From: Parvularculaceae bacterium
Lineage (GTDB): Bacteria > Pseudomonadota > Alphaproteobacteria > Caulobacterales > Parvularculaceae
Reading direction: 5' to 3'
Assembly: GCA_046154725.1 (NCBI GenBank)
Contig: JBJXFO010000138.1
Location: 5,965 to 69,964, forward strand
DNA: 64,000 nt
Below the pieces are notes generated by a model, which was given only the letters and a program-made list of their open reading frames with translations, was not told the origin of the DNA and did not search any database. The stretch's first letter is position 1; each line of letters opens with the position of its first letter. The translations under genes and the position numbers were made by a program. This document shows positions 47,005 through 55,464 of this stretch, piece by piece.

Positions 47005-48267
47005 ATGAAACCCAAGCTGCTGACGACCTTGCAGACGTACACGCCGCAATTGTTTGCGGCCGACGCTGTCGCCGGCGTCACCGTCGCCATGGTCGCGCTG
47101 CCGCTCAGCATCGCGATTGCGGTCGCGTCCGGCGCTGCTCCGGACGCGGGGATTATCACCGCTGTGGTCGGCGGCCTTCTGATATCGCTTTTGGGCGGAA
47201 GCCGCGTGCAGATCGGGGGGCCAACCGGCGCTTTCATCGTCGTCGCTGCAGGCATCATCGCGCATTACGGCTATGACGGGATAGTCCTCGCGACGCTCAT
47301 GGCGGGTGGAATTTTGCTTGTCGCCGCAATGCTTCGCATGGGCAGCCTCATCAGGTTTATTCCAGAAGGCGTCGTCAATGGCTTTACCATCGGCATTGCT
47401 ATCCTTATCGCGGCAAGCCAGCTGACGGATTTGTTTGGCCTGACGCTGGAAGGCGCACCAGCCAGCTTCCTGCAGAAAATGCCGGCCTTGTGGGCGGCGC
47501 GCGGCACAATCAAACCGGAGGCATTTGCTATCGGGCTTGCTTCGATAGTGATGATTGTCGCCTTTCGCCGCTTTGCGCCGAAGGCCCCGGGGCTGATCGT
47601 CGCTGTTGCGCTAACATCCGCCGCATGCGCCGCTCTGAATATTCCGGTTGAGACAATCGCGTCACGTTTCGGGCCGCTTGCCGCCGGGCTGCCGGCGCCG
47701 GCGCTGCCAGCCTTCACGCTCGCACGGCTTCTCGAACTGCTTCCCTCGGCGCTGACGATTGCTTTTCTGGCCGGGGTCGAATCCTTGTTGTCGGCAATTG
47801 TAGGCGACCGCATGATGGGCGGGAGTCATCGGCCGAACGCCGAAATATTGGCGCAAGGCGCGGCCAATATCGGCTCCGCGCTGTTCGGCGGCCTGCCGGC
47901 AACCGGCGCAATCGCGAGAACGGCGACCAATGTAAGGGCGGGCGCGAGGACGCCGGTTGCCGGAATCGTGCACGCCCTCGCCATCCTCGCCGCGGTCATG
48001 CTTGCTGCTCCGCTTGCCGGTTATCTCGCGATGCCGGCCCTGTCGGGGGTCCTCATCGTGACGGCGTGGACCATGAGCGAACCGCACCGTTGGCGATTGT
48101 ACATGGGTGCGCCAATGCCGGACCGCTGCCTGCTGCTCTTGACGCTGACGCTGACAGTGCTGGCCGATCTGACAGTTGCGATCGGCGCGGGGGTTGCTGT
48201 CGGACTTGGCATGAAATGGTTCGGGCGCGCCGCTCCGCCAGCGGACTTGCAGGGAACCGACGGATAG
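47005..48267 (+). CDS. SulP-family anion transporter, transmembrane domain only (no STAS domain)
   Basis: The ATG at 47005 gives MKPKLLTTLQTYTPQLFAADAVAGVTVAMVALPLSIAIAVASG, a typical SulP N-terminus. The ORF ends about 420 aa later, directly after the last TM helix, and the next gene (opposite strand) ends 8 nt downstream. Confidence 0.8.
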   Translation: MKPKLLTTLQTYTPQLFAADAVAGVTVAMVALPLSIAIAVASGAAPDAGIITAVVGGLLISLLGGSRVQIGGPTGAFIVVAAGIIAHYGYDGIVLATLMAGGILLVAAMLRMGSLIRFIPEGVVNGFTIGIAILIAASQLTDLFGLTLEGAPASFLQKMPALWAARGTIKPEAFAIGLASIVMIVAFRRFAPKAPGLIVAVALTSAACAALNIPVETIASRFGPLAAGLPAPALPAFTLARLLELLPSALTIAFLAGVESLLSAIVGDRMMGGSHRPNAEILAQGAANIGSALFGGLPATGAIARTATNVRAGARTPVAGIVHALAILAAVMLAAPLAGYLAMPALSGVLIVTAWTMSEPHRWRLYMGAPMPDRCLLLLTLTLTVLADLTVAIGAGVAVGLGMKWFGRAAPPADLQGTDG

Positions 48268-48274
48268 GCGCGCC

Positions 48275-49981
48275 TTACGCTTTCCACACCGGCGGATGCT
48301 GGAGCGCGACGCGGCGTATGGTCTGCTTGTCGAATTTTTCCGTGCCGAGCTTTGGCAAGGGTTGCGGCGACAGCCAGATGCGTTCGGGGCATTTAAAGCC
48401 AGCCAGCTCCTTCTCCATGAAATCGCGCAAATCCTTTGGGTCGAACTGAGCGCCCTCGCGCGGAAAGACGACCATGCCGACGCGCTCGTTCAGCGCTTCG
48501 TCCGGAACCGAAAAGACCAGCGCCTGCGCGACACCCTCGTATTGATAGGCGCGCGCTTCGACTTCGAGGCAGGAGATATTCTCGCCGCCGCGAATAATAA
48601 GGTCTTTCAGGCGGTCGACGATATAAAGAAAGCCCTCGTCATCGAGACGGCCAAGATCGCCGGTTTTGAACCATCCGTCCGGGGTTAGCGCTTTTGCCGT
48701 GTCCTCGGGCAGGTTGAGATAGCCGCGAAAATTCGCCGGCGTCTTGATCCAGACTTCGCCAACCTCGCCCGGCTTGCAGTCGCCGTGATCGCCGACAATC
48801 TTGATGTCGCAAAGCGGCGGCAGCGCGCGCCCCGTCGAATCCGGGCGCTTTTGATAATCGCCGAGCGAGATGACGCAGCCCGTCGCATTCGTCTCCGTCA
48901 GTCCGTATCCGGACGATGGATTGGCGTTCGGAAATTTCTCTTTCAGTTTCGCCACCTGATCGGGCGGGCGTTTGGCGCCGCCCGAGCCGATATCGATCAG
49001 CGAGGGCATGACAGTCGAGCCCGCCGCTTCGATCAGCTCATATGACTGGCTCGGCACGCCAACGAAATTGGTGAGTTGATGCCGGTTGACGAGATCGACC
49101 GCGAGCGCTGCGTCCCAGCGATACATCACCGCCATGCGCCGCCCGATGATCCACGACATCAGAAAGATCGCGTGGCTGCCGGTCACGTGAAACAGCGGAA
49201 TGCCGAGAAGGACGCCGGGGTTGTCGCCGTGCAAGGGCGTGCCGCCATTGGCGTCGGTAATTGAGGTAAAAATGAGCGTCCACGACAGCAGCGTCGAAAT
49301 TCCGCCGCGATGGGTAAGCAGAACGCCTTTCGGGTTTCCCGTTGAGCCTGACGTGTAATAGATCGCGTAATCGTCTTCCGGATCGATCGCGACGCGCGGC
49401 ATCTGATCGGTGTTGGCGCGCGAGACGAGATCGTCCCAGCGATGCCCGGCGAAATCGCGTGCGCATCGCACCGCGATAAAGCGAAGGCCAAGCTCTTCCT
49501 TGAGCGGCGCCATGAGATCGAGCCGCTTGTCGTCGCCGATCACGAGTTTTGCGCCGCAATCCTTCAGCGCATAGCGCAGCTCTTCGGTCTTCCACCACGC
49601 GTTCAGCGGAACGACGACGGCGCCGATCGAAATGAGCGCCATGAACCCGGCGCACCATTCCGGATAATTTCGCATCGCAATCGCAACTCGGTCACCTTTT
49701 TTAACGCCGAGCCCGCCGGACAGCGCATTGGCGAAGCGTCCAGCTTCCGACCACAGGCGCGAAAAAGTCCACGTCTCGCCTTCGTAGTAGATGAAGGGGT
49801 TATCGCCATGGGCCGCGCCCTTCTCAAAGATGCCAGCAAGACTTGGCGGCGCGTTTTCAAAGACCCGGTATTCGACGCCGCGAACGATTGCGGTCGTCAC
49901 CTTGAAGGTGGGATCTGTCATCAACAGCTTGAATGCGCTGGCGGCAATCATGTCCGAAGTCAGAGCAATCGTCGGGGTCAT
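48275..49981 (-). CDS. AMP-dependent acyl-CoA synthetase/ligase
   Basis: AMP-binding motifs YTSGSTGNPKGV, SGYGLTET, TGDLGRLDDEGFLYIVDRLKD and GGENIS. Confidence 0.85.
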   Translation of the reverse strand: MTPTIALTSDMIAASAFKLLMTDPTFKVTTAIVRGVEYRVFENAPPSLAGIFEKGAAHGDNPFIYYEGETWTFSRLWSEAGRFANALSGGLGVKKGDRVAIAMRNYPEWCAGFMALISIGAVVVPLNAWWKTEELRYALKDCGAKLVIGDDKRLDLMAPLKEELGLRFIAVRCARDFAGHRWDDLVSRANTDQMPRVAIDPEDDYAIYYTSGSTGNPKGVLLTHRGGISTLLSWTLIFTSITDANGGTPLHGDNPGVLLGIPLFHVTGSHAIFLMSWIIGRRMAVMYRWDAALAVDLVNRHQLTNFVGVPSQSYELIEAAGSTVMPSLIDIGSGGAKRPPDQVAKLKEKFPNANPSSGYGLTETNATGCVISLGDYQKRPDSTGRALPPLCDIKIVGDHGDCKPGEVGEVWIKTPANFRGYLNLPEDTAKALTPDGWFKTGDLGRLDDEGFLYIVDRLKDLIIRGGENISCLEVEARAYQYEGVAQALVFSVPDEALNERVGMVVFPREGAQFDPKDLRDFMEKELAGFKCPERIWLSPQPLPKLGTEKFDKQTIRRVALQHPPVWKA

Positions 49982-50064
49982 CGGTTGGCGTTTCCTCGTG
50001 CTCGCATTCTGCTTCTACCCGAGGGCGGAAGCGCCGCAAGCCAAGCAACTGCGTTTTGCCTATT

Positions 50065-51585
50065 CTACTGGGCGATGGCGCGCGCGATCACGGGCGCCGC
50101 CGTCTCGATGATCAACCGCTCAACGCCGTCGGGCGCGCCCTCGGCCCGCCACAGCGCCCAATGGGCGGCGAGATAGACGATCCCGCCAGCGGCGATCTCG
50201 AGAACGATCCTGATCAGGGGTGCAAAGGCGTCCAGCGCGCCTATGGCGCGCAATCCAAGGACAGCCGCCGCCATCAACGCCGCCGCGATCAGCGAGCGCC
50301 GCGCCCGCCACACTGGCTGCCATTGCGCATGGCCGCTCACGCGCGAATAGAGCGCGAGATTGAGGAGAATATAAAGGACCCCGCACCCGGCAATCGCGGC
50401 AGCCGCGCCCCCCAGCCCAAATGCCAGCGTGGCGCCTATAACGATCGGCGTCCGGATGAAAAAGAAGGCGAGTTCACGGTAAAAGACGCTGCGCGTCTGG
50501 CCGAGCGCCATCGCATAGAACTGTGTTGCAAGCAGCGGCATCTGCGCGCCCAGCACGGGCGTTACAATTTCTACTACCGGGATCGCGCCCGCCCATTTGT
50601 CGCCGAGCAGGAACGGGATGAGATCGCGCGCGATAAGGGCAAAGCCGATGGCCGCCGGCATCGCAATCGCAGCAAGCGCCTCGACGCCCCGTAGAAAAGC
50701 AAGATTGGCGCGCGCGGGGTCAGCCTGAAGTTCCGACAAGCCCGGGTAAATTGCGCGTGCGGCCGGAAAGGCAAGCTCGCGCGTCGGCAGTTCGGCGAGC
50801 TGCATGCCCATGAAATAGTGGCCAGCGCCAACAGAGCCCGTGACGCGCGCCAAAATCAGCGCATCGAGCTTGTTGTTGAGCGCGGCCATAACGCCGACGC
50901 CAGTCAGCCAGCCCGAAAAAGCAAACACCTTGTCGAAGGAAACCATGGTCAGTCGCGGCCGGTAAGGCTGCATCAGATACGACAACATAAGCTGCACGGC
51001 GCCGTTTGCGGCAAGGCCGAGGATCATCGCCCAATAGCTGCGAAAGACGACCGCAACGCCAATCGACACGATGACGCCTGCAAGCTTGTATGTGACCGTT
51101 GCAAAAAACTCTTTTGAGAAATCGAGCGCACGCTCGAACTCAAAAAACTTCGGATTGATGAGGCCCGTCAGGAGCGGGTACGCGCAGACGCCGATGAGCA
51201 CCCAATAGACGCGCGGGTCCCCGTAGAAGCGTGCGGCAAGGGGCGCTGCCGCAACGAGGATGAGCGCAATCAGAATCCCCCGCGCGGCCGACAGCGTAAA
51301 CAGCGTATCGAGGTCGCGGCGATCGGCGTCGCGAAACCGAATCACCGCCTGACTGACGCCGATATCAGAGACGTTCGTCAAAACCTGCATTGCCGCAAGG
51401 CCAATCGCGACAATGCCGAAATCGTCCGGCGCGAGGATGCGGGCGACGATGATCGTATTGAGAAACCCGAGAAGGCCCATGATAAAGCGGCCGCCGACGA
51501 TCCAGCCGGCGCCGCGCGCCACGCGCGCCGTGAGCGAGCGGGGCGCGGCGGCCGAGACGGGCTGAGCAGGCGTCTCTTCGCTCAA
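50065..51585 (-). CDS. polysaccharide/O-antigen flippase (Wzx-like, MOP superfamily)
   Basis: About 12-14 TM helices with a PST-family N-terminus (GAGWIVGGRFIMGLLGFLNTIIVARILAPDDFG). The start is uncertain. The TTG at 51585 with an upstream GGAAAG is preferred over the listed 51642. Confidence 0.65.
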   Translation of the reverse strand: MSEETPAQPVSAAAPRSLTARVARGAGWIVGGRFIMGLLGFLNTIIVARILAPDDFGIVAIGLAAMQVLTNVSDIGVSQAVIRFRDADRRDLDTLFTLSAARGILIALILVAAAPLAARFYGDPRVYWVLIGVCAYPLLTGLINPKFFEFERALDFSKEFFATVTYKLAGVIVSIGVAVVFRSYWAMILGLAANGAVQLMLSYLMQPYRPRLTMVSFDKVFAFSGWLTGVGVMAALNNKLDALILARVTGSVGAGHYFMGMQLAELPTRELAFPAARAIYPGLSELQADPARANLAFLRGVEALAAIAMPAAIGFALIARDLIPFLLGDKWAGAIPVVEIVTPVLGAQMPLLATQFYAMALGQTRSVFYRELAFFFIRTPIVIGATLAFGLGGAAAAIAGCGVLYILLNLALYSRVSGHAQWQPVWRARRSLIAAALMAAAVLGLRAIGALDAFAPLIRIVLEIAAGGIVYLAAHWALWRAEGAPDGVERLIIETAAPVIARAIAQ

Positions 51586-51741
51586 AATGGTCTTTCCCCG
51601 ACACTTGAGGTTGGCATAGCGCGATCCCAGCCAGACACGCAAAGGCCTGAAATTGCACGCCTAATCTGCTCCGCCGGCGGCCCTTGCGCGCGCGGTCTTC
51701 GCCGCTATGGTGCGCGTCCTTCATCAACGACCGGTTACCTT

Positions 51742-52530
51742 ATGTCGCACGCTTCCGCCCTCATCACCGTGATGGTCGCCGCCGCTCGCAAGGCGGCGCG
51801 CGGGTTGTCGCGCGATTTCGGCGAACTCGACGGACTGATTGCCTCGCGCAAGGGCGCGGCGGATTTCGTCTCCGCCGCCGATTTGCGCGCTGAGCAAGTC
51901 ATCTTCGAGGAGTTGTCGAGGGCGCGGCCGAAATACGGCTTCCTGATGGAAGAGCGCGGGGAAATCGAGGGCACAGACAATTCAAACCGCTGGGTTGTCG
52001 ATCCGCTCGATGGCACGACAAATTTCCTGCATGGCTTGCCGCAGTTCGCTGTCTCCATTTGTCTTGAGCGCGATCGCCAGCCTTTTGCCGGCGTCATTTT
52101 CAACCCGGCGGCGAACGAATTGTTCTGGGCCGAACGCGGCGAGGGCGCGTGGCTCAACGACAAGCGCTTGCGCGTGTCGATTCGGAAATCGCTCGATGAA
52201 TGCCTCTTCGCGACAGGCCTGCCATTCAAGGGGCGCGACGGCCGCGAGCGGGCGTTGAACGAAACCGGCCGCGTCCTCAACGAGACGGCCGGCGTGCGCC
52301 GGTTTGGCTCGGCGGCCCTCGATCTCGCCTTTGTCGCGGCGGGGCGGTTTGACGCGTACTGGGAACGCGATCTCAATCCGTGGGATGTTGGCGCTGGCAT
52401 CGTCATCGTGCGCGAGGCTGGCGGCATGGTCACCGAGATCGACGGCGGCGCAAGCCCCATGCATGCCGGGTCTGTTCTTGCGGCGAATATGGAAATTTAC
52501 GGCGCGGCGAAATCCCTGATTTCGGGCTAA
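51742..52530 (+). CDS. suhB: inositol monophosphatase family protein (SuhB-like)
   Basis: Motifs EE.G, VVDPLDGTTNF, GSAALDLAFVAAGRFD.YWE and WD.GAG. Confidence 0.85.
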   Translation: MSHASALITVMVAAARKAARGLSRDFGELDGLIASRKGAADFVSAADLRAEQVIFEELSRARPKYGFLMEERGEIEGTDNSNRWVVDPLDGTTNFLHGLPQFAVSICLERDRQPFAGVIFNPAANELFWAERGEGAWLNDKRLRVSIRKSLDECLFATGLPFKGRDGRERALNETGRVLNETAGVRRFGSAALDLAFVAAGRFDAYWERDLNPWDVGAGIVIVREAGGMVTEIDGGASPMHAGSVLAANMEIYGAAKSLISG

Positions 52531-52547
52531 CTCGCAACAATGCCAAA

Positions 52548-52570
52548 CGCCCGCCCGTGAGGGGCGGGCG
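52548..52570. terminator. GC-rich hairpin between convergent suhB and hsp20 (bidirectional terminator candidate)
   Basis: CGCCCGCCC-GTGAG-GGGCGGGCG is a perfect 9-bp stem. A second perfect 8-bp hairpin, GCATCATC-GGGGCG-GATGATGC, lies at 52585-52606. There is no strong U-run on either side. Confidence 0.5.
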
Positions 52571-52620
52571 GGCGTTCCGGCTTTGCATCATCGGGGCGGA
52601 TGATGCGAGTGGCGTCGGTG

Positions 52621-53094
52621 TTACGCGGCGTTTGACGCCTTCAACACTTCAACCTTTGGCGCGCCGGAATTCGGCGCGACTGTATTGATTTCGATCCGGC
52701 GCGCTTTCTTGGCTTCTGGTATCTCGCGCCGAAGCTCGATGTTGAGCAGGCCGTTGACGAGGCTCGCGCCGTCGATCTTCACGTGATCGGCGAGCTGGAA
52801 GCGGCGTTCAAAAGAACGCCCGGCGATGCCTTGATGGAGGAATGTGCGGCCTTCGTCGCCATCGGTGCGCAGGCCGGTCACTCTGAGGGCGCTCTCATGC
52901 GCCTCGATCTCGATGTCGCGCTCGGAAAACCCGGCGACGGCGAGGGTAATGCGATACCGGTCTTCATCGACGCGCTCGATATTGTAGGGCGGATAGCCTG
53001 CCGCTTCGGATTTGCCGACGCTGTCGAGAAGGTCGAACATCCGGTCGAACCCGACGGTCGTGCGGTAGAGGGGGGTGAGGTCATAGCTTCGCAT
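52621..53094 (-). CDS. Hsp20/alpha-crystallin family small heat-shock protein
   Basis: 157-aa ORF with an IbpA-like pattern (YPPYNIE..DED.YRITLAVAGF...DI.IE......L.V.G, GIA.RSFERRF.LAD.V.I.GA...NGLL.I.L). Confidence 0.9.
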   Translation of the reverse strand: MRSYDLTPLYRTTVGFDRMFDLLDSVGKSEAAGYPPYNIERVDEDRYRITLAVAGFSERDIEIEAHESALRVTGLRTDGDEGRTFLHQGIAGRSFERRFQLADHVKIDGASLVNGLLNIELRREIPEAKKARRIEINTVAPNSGAPKVEVLKASNAA

Positions 53095-53193
53095 ATCAAG
53101 TCTCCTTCTTCACTCAAGCAAGGGTTGCCGGATAAGCACCCGATGCGACGGGGTGGCTCCGCGCCGGACCCTCACGCGAGGCGTCCGACACCA
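53095..53193 (-). promoter_or_regulatory. ROSE-like RNA thermometer in the hsp20 5' leader
   Basis: The minus-strand leader ends ..CCUUGCUUGAGUGAAGAAGGAGACUUGAUAUG. CCUU(G)CUU pairs with AAGAAGG of the SD, leaving a bulged G, which is the hallmark of ROSE hairpins (U(U/C)GCU anti-SD). Two further upstream hairpins are GGACGCCUC..GAGGGUCC and CACCC..GGGUG. Confidence 0.6.
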
Positions 53194-53196
53194 GCG

Positions 53197-53224
53197 AAAT
53201 AGGCAGCGCAAAATCACTTTCAAG
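53197..53224 (-). promoter_or_regulatory. RpoH (sigma32)-type promoter candidate for hsp20
   Basis: The minus strand reads CTTG-AAAGTGATTTTGCGCTG-CCTATTT. This is CTTG-N17-CYTATNT, the alphaproteobacterial heat-shock promoter consensus as I recall it. Confidence 0.4.
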
Positions 53225-53316
53225 AGGGGCAAACCCCCGTCCAGAAAACCGGGGTTCCGACCGGAGATCGACCCGTGCTAAGCCGGACATGGTTTATTCA
53301 AAGCATCGGAGTTGTC

Positions 53317-54189
53317 ATGAGAAGCACCCATATCGCCGCCGCCGCCATCGCCGCTGTCCTCGCGAGTTGCGCCGAGCCGCAGGCGGCTGCAGCGGACGCC
53401 TCGCCCGGCAAAGTCGCGGACGTCATGGATGCAGGCGCGCTACTCGACGCGGCGATTGGCGGCGCGCACCGCACGCCCGAGGAGCGCGCGCGAGACCAGT
53501 GGCGCCACCCGAAGGAAACGCTCGCCTTTTTCGGCGTTACCCCCTCTTCGACTGTCGTAGAAATCTGGCCGGGCGGCGGATGGTACACCAAGGTCCTTGC
53601 GCCCTATCTGAAGTCCGGCGGCGGCGTTTACTACGCGGCCCAGCGCGATCCGGCCTCGAGCGCGCGCGCGGCCGAAGCCGTGCAGAAATTCAAGGACGCT
53701 TATGCCGACGCCGCGATTTATGGCGATGTGCGCGTCAGCGTGCTGGGCGAGGGCGCGGAGATTGCGCCGGAGGGAACAGCCGACACAGTGTTGACCTTTC
53801 GCAACGTCCATAACTGGGCATCGGCAGGAACGGCTGACGCAACGTTCAAGGCATTCTATCGCGCGCTGAAACCTGGCGGCGTGCTCGGGGTTGTTGAGCA
53901 TCGGGCGAACGAAGACGCAGCCGAAGGCGACGGGTCCTCGGGCTATGTGAAGGAATCTGCGGTCAAGGCGTTTGCCGCTGCGGCGGGCTTTGAGTTCGTC
54001 GAGGCCTCGGATATCAACGCCAACCCGGCAGACACGAAGGACCACCCCTTCGGCGTCTGGACGTTGCCGCCAGTTCGGCGATCATCGGCGTCCGCCGGTC
54101 AGGAAGACCCGAATTTCGACCGCGCAAAGTACGATGCGATCGGCGAGAGCGACCGCATGACGCTGAAATTCGTCAAGCCAAACTCGTGA
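53317..54189 (+). CDS. exported class I SAM-dependent methyltransferase (COG4798-like), lipoprotein-type signal
   Basis: The ATG at 53317 gives MRSTHIAAAAIAAVLASCAEP (lipobox LASC). The methyltransferase fold includes VVEIWPGGGWYT and LKPGGVLGVVEH. Confidence 0.7.
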   Translation: MRSTHIAAAAIAAVLASCAEPQAAAADASPGKVADVMDAGALLDAAIGGAHRTPEERARDQWRHPKETLAFFGVTPSSTVVEIWPGGGWYTKVLAPYLKSGGGVYYAAQRDPASSARAAEAVQKFKDAYADAAIYGDVRVSVLGEGAEIAPEGTADTVLTFRNVHNWASAGTADATFKAFYRALKPGGVLGVVEHRANEDAAEGDGSSGYVKESAVKAFAAAAGFEFVEASDINANPADTKDHPFGVWTLPPVRRSSASAGQEDPNFDRAKYDAIGESDRMTLKFVKPNS

Positions 54190-54497
54190 CCGACGACGCC
54201 GCCTTGCTGGCAGCTGCGGCTGGCGGCGCCTTCCGGCGCAGTTTCGGGGCGGTCCTCGAAATTGCGCCGGACGGCTTGGCGCCTTTCTACGTCGATGGGC
54301 GCGCGGAGCCCTGCTGCCTTGCCGCCGAACCGCCGCAAGGATCGCCCGCCGCTTGTGTGTGGCGCGCATCGGGTGAAACGTTGCTGCGGATTTTTCACGG
54401 CGGGCGCGTGCTTGAAAGCGCTTATCTGTCGGGGCGCCTCAAGATCAGCGGCGACATGAGCGTGATGGCCCGGCTTGTGCTGGAGAGCGCGCCATAG
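54186..54497 (+). CDS. SCP2 sterol/lipid-binding domain protein
   Basis: 103-aa ORF ending ..GRVLESAYLSGRLKISGDMSVMARL, the characteristic SCP2 C-terminal pattern. Its GTG start overlaps the upstream stop (GTGA). Confidence 0.75.
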   Translation: MTDDAALLAAAAGGAFRRSFGAVLEIAPDGLAPFYVDGRAEPCCLAAEPPQGSPAACVWRASGETLLRIFHGGRVLESAYLSGRLKISGDMSVMARLVLESAP

Positions 54498-55447
54498 CGG
54501 ACTTCATCCGTATCCCTGGTAATCCCGTTCCCGCCGGCGGTGAAGCGATCGACTGCGACGGATCCGATGGCGGGTATCTCCGAGGGGCCATTTTTCCCGC
54601 CGCCAATCACCGCGCCACAGCGGTGTTGATGGCCGGCCGGTCGGAGTTCATCGAAAAATATTTCGAGGTCGTCGATGACTTGCGCGCGCGCGGCTTTTCC
54701 GTCGCGACCATGGACTGGCGCGGCCAGGGCCTTTCCGAGCGGCTGCTGCCCGTGCGCGAGAAAGGGCATATTCGCGATTTCGGCGTGTTTCGCTCCGACC
54801 TTCGCCGGTTTGTCGATACTGTCGTGCGCAAGCGCTTTGCTGGCCCTTATGTCCTGATGACCCATTCGATGGGCGGCGCGCCAGCCTTGCAGATGCTTGC
54901 CGATGGCGACGCAACCTGGAGCGCGGCGGTGCTATGCGCGCCGATGACGCGCCTTTTTGATGGGCTCGCCCAGCGTCTCGGCGTCCGCCTCATGGGCGAA
55001 GCCGCGACGCGGCTCGGGATGGCGCGCTACGCGATCCCCGGCGTCAAGGAATATTCGATGGCGTTCGAAGGAAACGTCCTGACCTCCGATCCTGTTCGCC
55101 ACCGCCGCTTTCAGGACCTTCAGTCCGCCGCGCCGAACGCTACGATCCGGGAGCCGACTTATGGCTGGATCCGGGCGGCGACCGAAGCGATGGACGATCT
55201 TCACCGCAAGGGCCGCTTCACGGCGCTGATCACGCCGACGCTGATCGTTTCTGCAGAAAACGACTGTCTCGTGCGGTCGAGCGATCACGCGTGGCTGGCG
55301 AAGCAATCACCGCTCCTCTCATGCGTGACGATCGAGGGCGCGCTGCATGAAATCATGATGGAGCGCGATGAGATTCGCGATCAATACTGGCGCGCGTTTG
55401 ACGCGTTCGTCGAGCCGAGGCTTTCGGCCAAACAGGCCGTTGCCTGA
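54494..55447 (+). CDS. alpha/beta hydrolase, lysophospholipase/monoglyceride-lipase-like (start codon non-canonical or lost)
   Basis: Motifs GRSEFIEKY, DWRGQGLS, the nucleophile elbow HSMGG, and the late ENDCLV and GALHEIMME blocks. The listed ORF starts at GTG 54623, but family-typical N-terminal sequence (DFIRIPGNPVPAGGEAIDCDGSDGGYLRG..) continues in frame upstream to 54416 with no ATG/GTG/TTG. ATA at 54494 follows GGAGAG at 6 nt. Confidence 0.7.
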   Translation: MADFIRIPGNPVPAGGEAIDCDGSDGGYLRGAIFPAANHRATAVLMAGRSEFIEKYFEVVDDLRARGFSVATMDWRGQGLSERLLPVREKGHIRDFGVFRSDLRRFVDTVVRKRFAGPYVLMTHSMGGAPALQMLADGDATWSAAVLCAPMTRLFDGLAQRLGVRLMGEAATRLGMARYAIPGVKEYSMAFEGNVLTSDPVRHRRFQDLQSAAPNATIREPTYGWIRAATEAMDDLHRKGRFTALITPTLIVSAENDCLVRSSDHAWLAKQSPLLSCVTIEGALHEIMMERDEIRDQYWRAFDAFVEPRLSAKQAVA

Positions 55448-55464
55448 CCCTTGCGCCCGCGCGC

